This document shows positions 50,549 through 63,635 of a stretch of 64,000 nt of DNA, in pieces. This DNA comes from Squalus acanthias (taxonomy: Eukaryota), in assembly GCA_030390025.1 (NCBI GenBank), contig CM059432.1, positions 15,378,001 to 15,442,000 of the forward strand. The letters run 5' to 3'. The first letter of the stretch is position 1. Every line of letters begins with the position of its first letter. The notes under the pieces were generated by a model. It ran no database searches. It was not told the origin of the DNA and saw only the letters and a program-made list of their open reading frames with translations. The position numbers and the translations under genes were made by a program.

Positions 50549-51534
50549 CCAGGTTGTGGTTTAGGTGGGACCCTTCATCGGAACTACAGTAACAAATCCA
50601 GCCCGCTGAAAGCTTACAACAGAAACGTTACCCTATCATTTTCTTTCCGATGCTAATTGTGTTGCTGTGCATCATCTACATTTTCTGTATCTGATTCAAT
50701 TGACAGTGGAACACTGTATATCAGTCATGGTGTGAATTACTACAAGGAAATGGTCAAGCAAATTGACCTAAGAGACTTTTAGTGGTATAAAAATCAAACA
50801 CAATACGGCATCCTTATCAATCTTCACTAAACAGGACAGGGTTAAGTCCCTCTGATGTCCTCTAAATATCCCAATAATTGTTGTCTATGCATTTTTAAAC
50901 AAGCTGTGCAATAGTGCAAAAATAACAATTTTCCGCAAGTAAGATATGAGACGGTGTGTTGTCAGTTCTCATCAGAGTGTTAGATTTAGTGCGGGGTAGA
51001 TCGAGTCAGTGAAGGCCAGGGCAGAAAATGGAAATGAAAATGTCAGCAGTTTGAGAAAACTGTTAAATGGCAGAGAGTGCCTGGCTGGGGTGTTTGCTTA
51101 CCCATGTGCTCTCTGTCTCTCTAAATCTGTCACTTTAAAGGACAAGGAACCTCAGGAGAAAGCTTTGCCCTAAGTCAGCACTAAGCAGCACACCATCATG
51201 TCTCATCCCGCCTCAGGCAAATGCGTGCCTGTCATTCTGTTGCCTTCCTTACAATCTGCCCTCTGTCATGGTAAAACACGACCAAAGCTATGAGATATGA
51301 CTAGTGGCCTTCAAAATGCCAAACAAGGGAGTTTGCAAATGTTAAGCTCCAGGAACAAGAGTCCTGCTGCTGCACTGCTACAAAGCCCAAACTGTTCTGG
51401 AGTCATTGCTACAAAAGGTCACCTTCACCATCTAAATAATAATGGTCTTACTTGACTAACACATACGTATTACTAATATTATTTTGTCGGCTTTGTGTTT
51501 TTATTTTTTTTTAAGTCAAACTGTGAAATATCAT

Positions 51535-52222
51535 GGCCCGATCTCTACGGGTGTGCACGAGCTGTGTACACACCCGTAGAGACTTTGCAAGTGCCGGTTT
51601 CAGGCATGTGAAGCGCATGCGCTGAAAACCGGCACCTCTGCTCTGCCTGCCCTAGAGATGGGACTCCCCGGGTGGAGAGTTCCGCTTTCTGCAGAACCTC
51701 CGCCCGCTGAAATCACTTCAAAATCTTATGCCTGGTAAAAGCATAAGAGTTTAAAAAGTTTTAAAAAAAATTTCACTCATTTATAATTTAAAAATACTTT
51801 TAAAAAAGGTAAGTTTATTTTTAGCCCCGTAAAAAACTTTAATTTATTTTTCAATTTTTTGTTTAAAATGTTTAATTTAATGTAATTTTAACTAATTTTA
51901 AAAATGTGATTTTTAAAAAAAATTTATTTAATGTTTTGATGTGTTTTTGGAGTGATCTCCATTCATACTTTTGACAGGTCTAAGCTGTCAAAAGTATAAA
52001 GGGAAATTCCCTTCTCCCATTGGCTCCCCATGGCCCACGTGATCCCAGGGACGCTTGCGAACTGCATGCACCCCTGGGATACGTGGGTCCTGCACATTTC
52101 GACTGTGGAGAGGCCCAGGATCGGAAATGGCCGCACCTCTGGAGCCCTCAGGTAAGGGCGTAGATTTTTTCCAGATCGGAGGCCTCCGCCCACAGGAAGC
52201 CTCCGATCGGATAATACGGGCC
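51535..52222. mobile_element. Diverged relative of MITE family 1
   Basis: GGCCCG...CGGGCC ends; TSD CAT; shares the AT-rich core, the TTTGACAG...CTGTCAAA hairpin and the ATTGGCTCCCCATGG.CCACGTGATCCCAGGG block. Confidence 0.75.
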
Positions 52223-53419
52223 CATATATTTTTACAAATAAGTAGATAGCCAATACACTTTTTAAACAGCCAGTTATATTTTCCTCAATATTGTGTTTTT
52301 TGTCTTCCTCCAGCAGTTTAAATCCACAACATTGCTCATCGGAAAGGTTATGCAGCGGATTTATTCTATGGGTCTACCTCCTTGTTTCCTCTTTTCTGGC
52401 TGTTTTCCCCTCCCTACCTCAGGACCAACAGGACTAAATTTAGAGCCCATACTATAGCCCAAAGCTAACTCAGCACAGAGCAGGGACTGAAGCTGGAACT
52501 TCCCTGATTATTACGGTTCAGCTATTCAGTAGATCAGTTTGTTGACTCACCTGAGGAGAAGTACTGGCCCATTCTACTTTAAACACAAAAGACCCTAATT
52601 ATGTTATCGTTGGGATTTAGTTAGAGGTCTGGCAGCCCAAACTGGTGCATCTCCCAAGTAAGGTTTAAATATTGTGCTGTTCAACGGCTAAATGCATCAC
52701 ATTGTATGCTGGTGGGTCATACGAACCAGGAAAGTATAGGTTTCATCACTTTTCTGTGGTGAGCTAGTTGTTCTCAGCCAGAATGGAAAAGGACCTGTGC
52801 AATTGGCCCCAGAGAACATTGACTGATGAGGGGAGTAATCATTTAGGTTCTAGGGTTCCCACACCTGATCGCTATCCGGTGACCCACAGCGCAGAGTCAC
52901 CAGAATGATAACGGGGCTAAAAGGGTTAAATTATAAGGACAGGATACATAGGGGTGATCTAATTGAGGAGTTTAAGATAAATAAAGGAGTTGATAGGGTA
53001 GACGATTTTAACCCTACTCGCTCAGCAGAAACCTGGCGGGTGGGCAGTAAAAATCGCCCTGGCTCTCACCTGTCCAGAAGCCGCCATGATCACAACATCT
53101 GCAATTTTAACCTGCTCTCCTGAGCAGGCAGCAAGGACACATGCCCGGAGCCAACAGGGTCCTTCTTTACATATGCATGTTGCGGCCCAATGACATCATT
53201 GAGACCGGACTGTAATTTTAACTGAGGCCAGAGCGGGGAATCCACATGGTTGGGCTGAGGTGTGATGCCTGTCATAGTTTAATAGCTTGCTGAGGTGTTC
53301 ATTTCATACAGGAAGTTTGAATACTTGGGAGATGCACCAAATTGGGCTGCCAGACCTCTAACTAAATCCCAACGCTAACATAATTAGGGTCTGAAGTTAT
53401 TTTTTGTGTTTAAAGTAGA

Positions 53420-55585
53420 ATGGGCCTATACTCTCTGGAAGTTCGAAGAATTAGAGGTTGTTTCCCCTGGCTGGAGAGTTTAGAACTAGGGGGCATAGTC
53501 TCAGGAAAAGGGATCGGCCATTTAAGACCGAGATGATGAGGAATTTCTTCATTCAGAGGGTTGTGATTCTTTGGAATTCACTACCCCAGAGGGCTGTGAA
53601 TGCTGAGTCATTGAGTATATTCAAGGCTGAGATAGAGAGACTTTTGGACTCTAGGGGAATCGAGGGATGTGGAGATTGGGCGGGATTTGAGGTTAAAGAT
53701 CAGCCATGATCTTATTGCATGGCAGGGCCCGCTCGAGGGGCCGTATGGCCTACTCCTGCTCCTATTTCTTATGTTAAAATGCTCTTAAATTATACACGAT
53801 AAGACACAGGAGATCACACAACTACAATTGTAAAGGAGCTTGAAATGAATGGGCCATACTGAAGATGAAACTGGGCTCAGAACTGCTCAGTTAAATCGAG
53901 GAAAATGTTACAGATTTTGTTTTGAGAATTTCTCATTGATTAACCAAGATTCCTCCTGCATTGTTTTATTAACAAAGCCTTCCTTTACGGAACAACTTCT
54001 GAAAATTATCCTTTAGAGTAGAAAATGAATGGAATAGAATTAGTACAGGAAGACTCAGCAAGAAAGGAACCTTAGAACAGTGAACTTGTCACTGTCAATG
54101 TCTCTCGACTACGTGGTGAAGCAATTTAAAATGCAAATAAAATGCTGGGATATATAGCTGGAGCAGTGGAACATATATCTACTGAGATAATACCAAAGCA
54201 GTACAATTCACTGGGCAGATTACACTCGGGGCACTGCGTATGCTCTAGATATAAAACGGGTGTGCGAGTATTTGCATGGGTGCAGAGAAGAGGAACAAGG
54301 CAGGTGAGCTATGAGGAGAAGTTAACAAGTCTACAGAACTCAGTTAAAGGGGAACCTTGCTGATGCATAAAAAAAAGAAAGGGTTTAGATAAGGTGAATC
54401 TAGAATATTGCTTTAAAATAAGACATGATAGTAGGACTAGAGGTCATATTTATCATCAACAGCAATGACAGCTTGCAGTTATATAGCGCCTTTAACCTAG
54501 TAAACCATCCCAAGGTGCTTCACAGGAGCATTTTCAAGCAAAATTTGACACCGAGCCACATAAGGAGATATTAGGAGAGGTGACCAAAAGCTTGGTCAAA
54601 GAGGTAGGTTTTAAAGAGCATCTTGAAGGAGGAGAGAGAGAGATGGAGAGCTTTTGGGAAGGAATTCCAGAGCTTAGGGCCTAGACAACTGAAGGCACGG
54701 CCACCAATGATGGCAATTCAAATCGGGGATGCGCAAGAAGCCAGAATTGGAGGAGCGCAGATATCTCAGAGGGTTGTAGGGCTGAAGGAGGCTACAGAGG
54801 AAGGGAGAGGCGAAGTCACAGAAGGATTTGAAAACATTGATGAGAATTTTAAGACAGAGGTGTTGCCGGACCGGGAGCCAATGTAGGTCAGCGAGCACAG
54901 GAGTGATGGGTGAACGGGACTTGGTGCCCATTAGGATACGGGAAAAGTAAGTTTAATAACAGATATCAGAAGAATCTTCTTCTGATTCTTGAATATCACG
55001 GGGAAAGACTTACCGCCCCATTTCCATCGTTGATGCAGCCGCCGCTATTATCCCAGGGTTCGCCTTAGGCAGCCTCGGCAGTTGCCGGCTCACAGTGATA
55101 GGCTCATCCAGTCTCCAGCTGGCCACTGAAGGCCATGAGCTGGAAGAGGAAGTCATCCCAGGGCATCTCGTGGACTCTCATCTGAGCATCAGCAGACTTT
55201 CCCTTCATAAGAACATAAGAATAGGAGCAGGAGTAGGCCATTCGGCCACTCGAGCCTGCTCCGCCATTCAATAAGATCATGGCTGATCTTTGACCTCAAC
55301 TCCACTTTCCTGCACTTTCCTCATATCCCTTGATTTCCCTAGAATCCAAAAATCTATCGATCTCAGCCTTGAACATACTCAACGACTCAACATCCACAGC
55401 CCTCTGGGGTACAGAACTCCAAAGATTCACAACCCTCTGAGTGAAGAAATTCCTCCTCATCTCAGTCTTAATTGGCCGACCCCTTATCCTGAGACTATGC
55501 CCCCTAGTTCTAGACCCTCCAGCCAGGGGAAACAACCTCTCAGCATCCACCCTGTCAATTCCCCTCAGAATCTTATATTTCAATG
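53420..55585. mobile_element. Cluster: CR1 (+ 53420-53776; old + 54100-54450), L2 (- 54455-54945), CR1 (- 55206-55585)
   Basis: Translated motifs in ORFs 53458-53709, 54674-54931 and 55296-55583. Confidence 0.8.
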
Positions 55586-55766
55586 ACCTGACTTTTCTTA
55601 TGTTCTTATATCTTCATTACAAAGAATTTAAGCAGTGTATAATTATAGAAAAATTCCCTTCTTCAATTAATTGCATTGGGACGAACTGCAGATGAATTAA
55701 CAAAACTGAAAACGAGTACAAAGCAAATATCAAAATTACTCTGATAGCTCAGTGGGTAAATGCAGT

Positions 55767-56616
55767 GGCCGGAATTTTGCCGGCGCTCAGGGGGCGGGTT
55801 TGGAGGCGGGACATCCGGCAAAATCGCAAAGATTGACAGCGGGTCGGAAACCCGCTGTCATCCCGCCTCCAGACAATCTTCTCGAGTGTCGGGTACACGA
55901 TTTGCGCAGGGACCTGACACCTAGCGGCGGGAAGAGGATTATAGCCACTCAACTGCTTGTTAACAGGTAGCTAACAGGCTTTTTCCAATTTTGACACTTC
56001 TACTGCGGGCTTCCCGACGTCCGGACACCACGCCAGGTAAGTGTGGCGTGTTGTGAGTCTGCTGTACTGTTTCTTCATTGATGACAGCTACAGAAGTGGT
56101 GTGAAGGATCCAATGGTGCACTGGTGAGTTTCAGAGGTAAGGAAATGTTGGGAAATTCATTTTTAATGCAATTTGACTTTTCTGTAGGTAACAGGTTTTG
56201 AATTGTTTGTGTAGTCCCACCTCATTGGGAGAACCTCTCTCACCAGTGACAGATCGCTTCTGTAACATCACCTGCAGCTGCCATCTGTTCTAGCCTAAGG
56301 AGGGAGTCACTGGAGAGCCTGGGTGCACTGCAAACACTGACAATCACAGCACCTCAATGGTGTCAAACACTGAAAAATCAACTGTAAAAAAAAACTGTGC
56401 GTGGTCCCTTTAAGAAAACCGGCAGATGACGCGTCATCAAATTACATCATCTGACACCGGCTTCCTCTTAATTGGCCGGCAAGCCCACAGGACGGGCTTA
56501 ACAAGGCCAATTGACGTAAAATCACGTCTGTGGGCCGGATGTAGTTGGGGGCGGGACTGGAACCCGGAAGGCAGCTGACCCGCTCCCAAGCCGCATCGAA
56601 GCGGAAAATCGCGGCC
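55767..56616. mobile_element. Harbinger-like MITE (family 3) inserted in a family-C SINE head
   Basis: GGCCGGAATTTT / AAAATCGCGGCC ends; flanks AGT/AAT. Confidence 0.6.
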
Positions 56617-57065
56617 AATGTGTTTTCATACAGACCTGTAAAGTGCCACGGTTGGTTCCTGATCTGTACTGCATTAAATGATCTCAGCTTTTGCAGTAGT
56701 GAGAGTGTTACAATGGAAGTTCAGCAGATGTGAGCTAAGGAGGCAGAGAATGACTCAGGACTGGCACTCCTAATCACTATCCAGTGGCTCGTTTCTGGCA
56801 CGCGTGAGGATGTGAAGTGAGGACAAGTGATGCAGCCTGCCAACTCTTCCTGTCCAGGCTTGTCCCTGAAGAATGTTCACTTAACCAAGGGACTGGAGAG
56901 CTGCCAGATATGGAATTGGAGTCCAGCATTAGTGAGCACCTTCAGGAGGAGTGGGATGGGGTGGGAAGGAGAATTCAAGGTGAGATCATACATGAAAATC
57001 ACCATAAATCAAAATGCTCAGTGCCCGAAGCTTAGAAGGGTGCAAACAGTAAGTACCATTAATTG

Positions 57066-57267
57066 ACTACCAAACTCTTTATAGAGGAAGCTCAGCATTA
57101 TAAACTCTGCTTTTATAAACTGTTTCTTAGAACAAATCTTTCCTCTGCCCTTGGCTCAAACGTTATTACTGTCAGTGGAGGAGTTTCATTCTCCATGAGA
57201 TGAACTCCTGATAACAAGTATTACTTTGTGAATCCCTGTGAGTTTATAATAACAAGGTTTGACTGTA
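57066..57267. mobile_element. Degenerate Tc1/mariner (Tigger-type) MITE
   Basis: Right end reverse-complements to TA-CAGTCAAACCTTGTTATTATAAACTC; left end is degenerate. Confidence 0.4.
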
Positions 57268-59040
57268 CTTTGAGTTTCTGAGAAAGTAATATCCTTTGCA
57301 GCTTTTGAAGTACGTCCTTGTATTATATCAAAATGCAGTAGAAACGTTATTACAGTCATTCCCTCAGGTCAATCAAGAGAGCGGGTGTCAATATGGCACA
57401 AAGCCTGCATTCTCATGATGACTTTAGCAGAGTTTGAGTAAGAGTTTATCCGCAGCTCCCTTGATGCCTCAACTGGTTAAAGTAGTGATCATCTGACGGA
57501 TGTAGACGATGAAGATTTCAGGTTTGATTCCTGATCTGTGCTGAGTGGCTGATCTCAGCTGGGGCACGCTGTGGGGGGACTACAATTAGAGTCAGCATCC
57601 TGGGTTAAAGTCAATCGGTGATGGGTCCCACTCCTGCTCAATGTTCAGTAACTTGTGCTGGAGCATATGCACATCATATGAGGACAGGATCAGGTTCAGT
57701 TCTGATGTCTCCCCCATCCTGATAGAACTGACTGATGATTCTCATCATCTAAACCATGGTGAATGGGCACATGGGTGTGATACCAGAGAGCCCCCGCAGG
57801 GAATTTCATGATCCTGAGCTCCCAGGAAGGAGCCAAGACTGTAGGAAGCATGGGTTAGAGTGTCAGGACTGCAATTTGTAGTCCTTCCTCTGACCCATGC
57901 TCAACATGAATGTAGCTTCCTATTGGGAATGTGGGATTGTGTCATATTCCTGAAAGAAATCAATGCCTTTAAAGAGGGGGCAAGGTGGGCGGGGGGCGGG
58001 GGTGGGGGGATTAACTGCCGAATAAAGGCAGGAAAAAAGCAACAAGAAAAAACTTATGTGTTGCGACCACGCATAGTCTCAAGCATCACTTGCTAAAAAT
58101 GAACTTATTCATTGGCACAAAGGGAAGGTTGGTGTCAGTGAATTCACATTGGATTAGAAAGTTTTAATCTACTTCCACTAAAATGTTCACCAATACTGCT
58201 GGGATCATGCCCAACCTCTTGGGAGGAGTGGCCTCACATATGGGTTTTTAAACATTGGACAAATCCTAGGTGTGTGATTTTCAGGCACGAACCATATAAG
58301 AAAGACTTGCATTTATATAGCGCCTTTCACGACCACCGGATGTCCCAAAGAGCTTAACAACCAATGAAGTACTTTTTGAAGTGCAGTCACTGCCGTAATG
58401 TAGGAGACACGGCAGCCAATTTGCGCACAGCAAGCTCCCACAAACAGCACCCAAAGCGCCCATTTGTGACTTTGCTATATGTGGCAAGCTGTGTCTGTCA
58501 CATGGGCAGCAGGGGATTACCAGGTGGTGTTAGTTGCTTTCCTCTTTCTCTCTTTATTTTTTCACAGCCCTCTTTATGTGGAATTTGCAAGTCTTTCTTT
58601 CTTGATTTGGCTTGCTTGAGACCACAGAGACAGCATTGGAGGCGTGGCTACCTGTATAGAAAGCTTTCACTACTGCCATGAATTCTGGGATAACCCTACC
58701 TCCATAGTGATCTCTTTTTTTTCTCTGTTTGCTCGCTCTCTCTCCTGCTTGGAGGTCACAATGCTGAAAGGTGGTTAAACTCTACTTTTCTTCATTGATT
58801 TAGCTTTTATAATTTAACAAAATTTGTCTGTCTCTACAATGTGCTTTGCGCCCTGAGCAAAAACATTTAAAAATATATGAACTATCATAATTTTGCTCCC
58901 GAACAAGATTGTGGCATCTGACTTGAATTAAACATGGATCACCAAGCATCTCTTATAGTATGTAATGGTATTTATCTCCCCAGTGGCAACTGGCGACTTC
59001 TTTTATAGGTTAGGCACAAGCTATACAGGCCGCCACGTTA

Positions 59041-59412
59041 CATAAGAACAAGAGATCATGGCTGAACTTCTACATCAACACCAGTTTCCTGACCTATCCC
59101 CTCCTCCCTTGACTCCCTTAGTGCCCAAAAATCTATCGATCTCTGTGTTGAATATACTCCTCGACTGAGCCTCCACAGCCCTCTGAGTGAAGACATTTCT
59201 CCTGATCTCAGTCCTAAATAGCCGACCCCTTATCCTGAGACTGTGACCCCTGGTTCTAGACTCTCCAGCCAGGGGAAACAGCCTCACAGCATCTATCCTG
59301 TCAAGGCCTCTCAGAATCTTTTATGTTTCAATGAGGTCACCTCTCATTCTTCTAAACTCCAGAGGGTACAGGCCCATTCTACTCAATCTCTCCTCATAGG
59401 ACAGCCCTCTCA
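59041..59412 (-). mobile_element. CR1/HER1 3' fragment
   Basis: RLFPLAGESRTRGHSLRIRGR. Confidence 0.85.
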
Positions 59413-59603
59413 TGGTAATGGGACTTCACACATGTGCAATCAACTACATATTTACCAAGTGTTTTCTTTCATCTGTTGTAATCAAACCTGTTACAATTAT
59501 TGTCTATTTTTTTTTAATTCAATGACCTTAAAACTTCACTGCCACTTGAATGGACGAGCCTTAACCTTTTCTGGCCTGTTTAGTGGGTGTCTAGTGAGTA
59601 AGT

Positions 59604-60046
59604 AACATAGAAACTAGGAGCAGGAGTAGGCCATTCGGCCCGTCGAGCCTGCTCCACCATTCAATACGATCATGGATGATCATCCAAATCCAGTACCCTG
59701 TCCCTGCTTTCTCACACAGAATCCCCATCAAGCCTGCACCGACACATATCCCACCCTATCCCCGTAACCCCACGTATTTAATTCCCCCTAACAATTCCCA
59801 TCCTATCCCTGTAACCCCACATATTTAATCCCCCCCTAACACTAAGGGTCAATTTATCATAGCCAAATCAACCTAACCCACACATTTTTGGACTGTGGGA
59901 GGAAACCGGAGCACCCGGAGGAAACCCACGCAGACACGGGGAGAATGTGCAAACTCCACACAGACAGTCACCCGAGGCCAGATTTGAACCCGGGTCCCTG
60001 GCGCTGTGAGGCACCAGTGCTAACCACTATGCCACCGTGTTGCCCA
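59604..60046 (-). mobile_element. HE1-like V-SINE with HER1-type tail
   Basis: Same structure as 1883-2298, reverse-complemented. Confidence 0.9.
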
Positions 60047-60489
60047 TCACAGCGTTGTACGTGTTTCAATGCTGAGTCTCTCGGCGAGATACTGTTAGAG
60101 CGAAGCGTCTGGAGGAGTAGGGCAACTCGGACAGCAACTTCACGATTTCCACATTTAACTGCACATGTGCGGACGCCTGAAGTTGCTGTCCTATTTACTC
60201 CTTAATGACGGTGCGCGCTGATAGCCTCCCCGTTACCCCTACCGCAAAATCCGGGCCAATATGTTGCACTGGAAAAACAACATTTCAGAATCCCAAATAA
60301 TACACACAAATCATGGAGGAATATTGTGTTTGATCTTGGCTCTCGGATGATTTTAAACTGAATACCTCTTGGAAGGAAACAAATAAACAAAAGGCGATGG
60401 CAAACAGGGTCAACTCTGGACTCAATATGAACCCACGCACCCTAACTCTGCTAACTGGATAGAGTAGTGGTAAGAAGCAGGAGGCCATT

Positions 60490-61660
60490 TAAAGAACTTG
60501 CATTGATATCGTGTCTTTAACAACCTCAGGACATCCCAAAATGCTTAACAGCCAATGAACTACTTTTGAAGTGTAGTCATTGTTGTAATATAGAATACGC
60601 AGAAGCCAATTTGCGCACAGCAAGGTCCCACAAACAGCAATGAAATCGTGACCAGATAATGGGGCAGAAATTCGGGTCCCCACGGGTGAGTACGCGCTGT
60701 GTACTCACCCGTAGGACCACCGGAAGTGCCGGTTTCGCGCATGTACTGCGCATGCACGGGAAACCAGAACTTCCGGTCTCGTGAAAGAAGGGGTTCAAGG
60801 GTCAACCGCGTGCGCCGGAGAGGCAGCGCGCACGCAGCGAACTTCGTTTTTTTTCAGGTTTCTCCGTGAGGGTAAGTATGGAGAAGCTGCGCGGGGAAAA
60901 AGGAGGCGCAAGGCTTGCTTTTAACAAGGTAAGTGGTGAATTAAATACAATTTAAACATTTTTTCAACAGGTTTATCTTTTTTACATACTTTAAAGAAAG
61001 GTAAGTTTATTTTTAGCACCGTTAAAAAGTATAATTAATATTTTCGAAAATTAGAATTTTTGTTTAAAGTAGTTAATTTATGTAATTTATAGTTATTTTA
61101 AAAATGTGATGTTTTTTTTAAATTTATTTGAAGTTTTAGTGAGGTTTTGGGGGGTGATCTCTATTCATAGATTTGACAGGTCTTCCTGTCAAAATCTATG
61201 AATGGAGATTCCCTGCTCCGATTGGCTCTCCATGGCCCACGTGATCCCAGGGGACGCTTCGAACTAACTGCGCCCCTGGGATACGCAAGCACTGCGCGCC
61301 GGCAGCTGCAGGAGGCCCAGGAGCTGAAGTCCACGCGGGCCCGAAGCACAACGGCAGGCGCGGTAGGTAAGTACGCACGCAATTCTTGCACCCGCGGGAA
61401 GCCGGAGAGCCGAATTTCTGGCCCAATCTGTTTTTTAGTGATATTGGTTGAGGGATAAATGTTGCCCAGGACATTGGGGAGAACTCCCCTGCTGTTCTTA
61501 AAATAGTGCCATTGGATCTTTTAAATCCACCTCAGTTTATCGTCTAATCCAAAAGACGGCACCTCTGACAGTGCAGCACTTCCTCAGTACTGCACTGGAG
61601 TGTCAGCCCAGATTACAAGTCCTGTATTGGGGTTTGAACCCACAGCCTTCTGACTAAGAG
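60490..61660 (-). mobile_element. SacSINE1-like SINE interrupted by a MITE
   Basis: Removing 60661-61424 and one AAT restores accagataatctgtttt, as at ~9646. Confidence 0.8.
60661..61424. mobile_element. MITE family 1, uninterrupted copy
   Basis: GGGGCAGAAATTCGG / CCGAATTTCTGGCCC ends; TSD AAT. Confidence 0.85.
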
Positions 61661-61948
61661 TTATGTTTCACATTGTTTCACATTTACATATGCTTCAAAT
61701 AGCGCACGGAGGAAATCTTCTCCATATAATAATGTATAAAGACCATTATATTCGCAGTATGTTGCACTAAGATACAGGCGAGTTGTCCCTTGACCTCTCT
61801 CGCTGATCAGCAGTCATTGGTTGAGGGAAATAAACTTGCAGGGCTACGGGGATAGAGCAGGACAATGGAACTGACTGGATTGCTCTACAGAGAGCTGGCA
61901 TGGACTCGATGGGCCAAATGGCCTCCTTCTGTGCCGTTATGACTCTAT

Positions 61949-62552
61949 GGGGGAAAAATTGAGTCACGCCCCCTTTGGGGTGCTAACTTCGCCCGGGCGC
62001 TACTTTTAGCACCCCGAAAAAATTAGCGCCCTCGCAGCCGAAATTCATCGGTAGCGCCCCAAGAGGAAAGCGAGTCTCCACTGGAAGCGCCCCGCTCCCC
62101 TCTTGGGGCGTGGCGCTGCGGCACGTCACTCTGCGGTACTGCAGGCCTTCCTCCCCTTCTTAAAGGGGAGGGGCCTAGCGCAGCGCGACCCGGGGCCCAG
62201 CTGGGCCACCAGGGATCGGAGTGCCGGCAAAAGAGCCCAGCACTCAAGAGAAGTGCCGGGCTCACGGAGCGCAACCGGCACTCTGCGGGGGGTGCTGAAC
62301 AGGAGGCCGGGGACGGCAGAGGGGGCAGGTGCTGGCAGGCGGCCAGCAACAAAAATGGCCACCCGGCACCTCGCCTTTAATTAGCGCCGCCCCGGCCACA
62401 GGGAGGCCCCCCTGACCCCGTCAGACATAGCGTCCGGCAGTAAGTTGGGGCGCTACCGAAGATCGTGGCCGGGGCGCGAGCGGGGCGCTACACACGGCGA
62501 TGACGCTCTTAGGGCGCTAACAGGAGACGCAAAGCAACCAAATTTTTCCCCC
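61949..62552. mobile_element. CpG-rich MITE (family 2)
   Basis: Perfect 12-bp TIR GGGGGAAAAATT; TSD TAT; inserted in a CR1 tail. Confidence 0.85.
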
Positions 62553-63133
62553 TATGTCTCTGTGGTTACTGCCAGAAACCAGTACAATTAGGTATCACAG
62601 GGAGACAGGATTAAAGGTCAGAAATGACAGCAGGATTTGGAATTATTTTCTTGTAGAAATGTTGCTTTTAAGAGCATGATCCCCAGCATTTGTAACAGAT
62701 CAGGAGAACATGTCACAGTGAAGATACATGAGTCAAAACAAATCTGAAGCAGGCATGAGTATGGCCTTTGCCTAATCTTCAAAAGAGAATAACCTCTGAG
62801 AATACACTTCACTACGAAACCTTTCCACTGATTGCTAGGCCACTAAACAAAAAAATGTTTCAAAAAACGTACTGGAAATCTGAAATACAAACAGAAAGTG
62901 CTGGAAACACTCAGCGGGTCTTGCAGAATCTGTGCAGAGGGGAAAGCAGGGTTAACGGTTCAGGTCTCATGACCCCTACGTCAGAGCCCAAGGAATGTTT
63001 CAAATTGCGTCTCTGGAAACAACCAAGTCATTAAAAGGTCAAACCGAGAAGGTATCTTAACGGTTCAAAACCTAACAAAAAAAAATATCCAGTTACAATA
63101 TAAGCATAAACCAATTTGCACCCAACGACCTTC

Positions 63134-63362
63134 TGTCATAAATCGCAACTTCTACAAGAAGTAACTCAGGAAGTACTACTGGGCGGCCAGCTGGGGGCGC
63201 CGTCCGGGGAGTATAAATACTCGGGCGTGGGCCCACCTTGGACAGAGACAATCTGGAAACAGGAAGCTAGTGACTGCTAACTAGACCTCCGTGCTTTGTT
63301 ACACGTCGATTAAAGCCTTGCTTTATGTTCAACCAAGTGCGTAGTGAGTCTTTATTACGTCA
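63134..63362 (+). mobile_element. Solo LTR (229 bp) with 5-bp TSD CCTTC
   Basis: TGTCATAA...TTACGTCA ends; TSD at 63129-63133 and 63363-63367; TATAAATA at 63212; ATTAAA at 63309. Confidence 0.85.
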
Positions 63363-63409
63363 CCTTCCTTTTCCCTGCTGGACCGAAAGTGGCCGGCAGC
63401 GGATCAGCC

Positions 63410-63635
63410 TGCCCGTTTTACACTCCTCCATTGGAAACCTCTCCGCCTCTCTACCTCTCTCTCCTCCTTTAAGACGCTCCTTAAAACCCCACCTCTTTGA
63501 CCAAGCTTTTGGTCACCTGTCCCAATATTTCCTTATGTGGCTCGGTGTCAAATTTTGTTTGATATACGCTCCTGTGAAGCACCTTGGGACGTGTTACGAT
63601 GTTAAAGGAGCTATATAAATGCAAGTTGATGTTGT
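63410..63635 (+). mobile_element. L2 LINE 3' tail
   Basis: ctcctttaagacgctccttaaaacc...gctatataaatgcaagttg; a similar piece lies at ~11410-11600. Confidence 0.75.

Noticed and set aside
58568..58681. Strong acceptor followed by a 37-codon open frame
   Set aside because: No recognisable homology, donor or nearby polyA support.
61949..62552. CpG-island gene promoter
   Set aside because: The CpG-rich block is exactly bounded by TIRs and a TSD, so it is a MITE.
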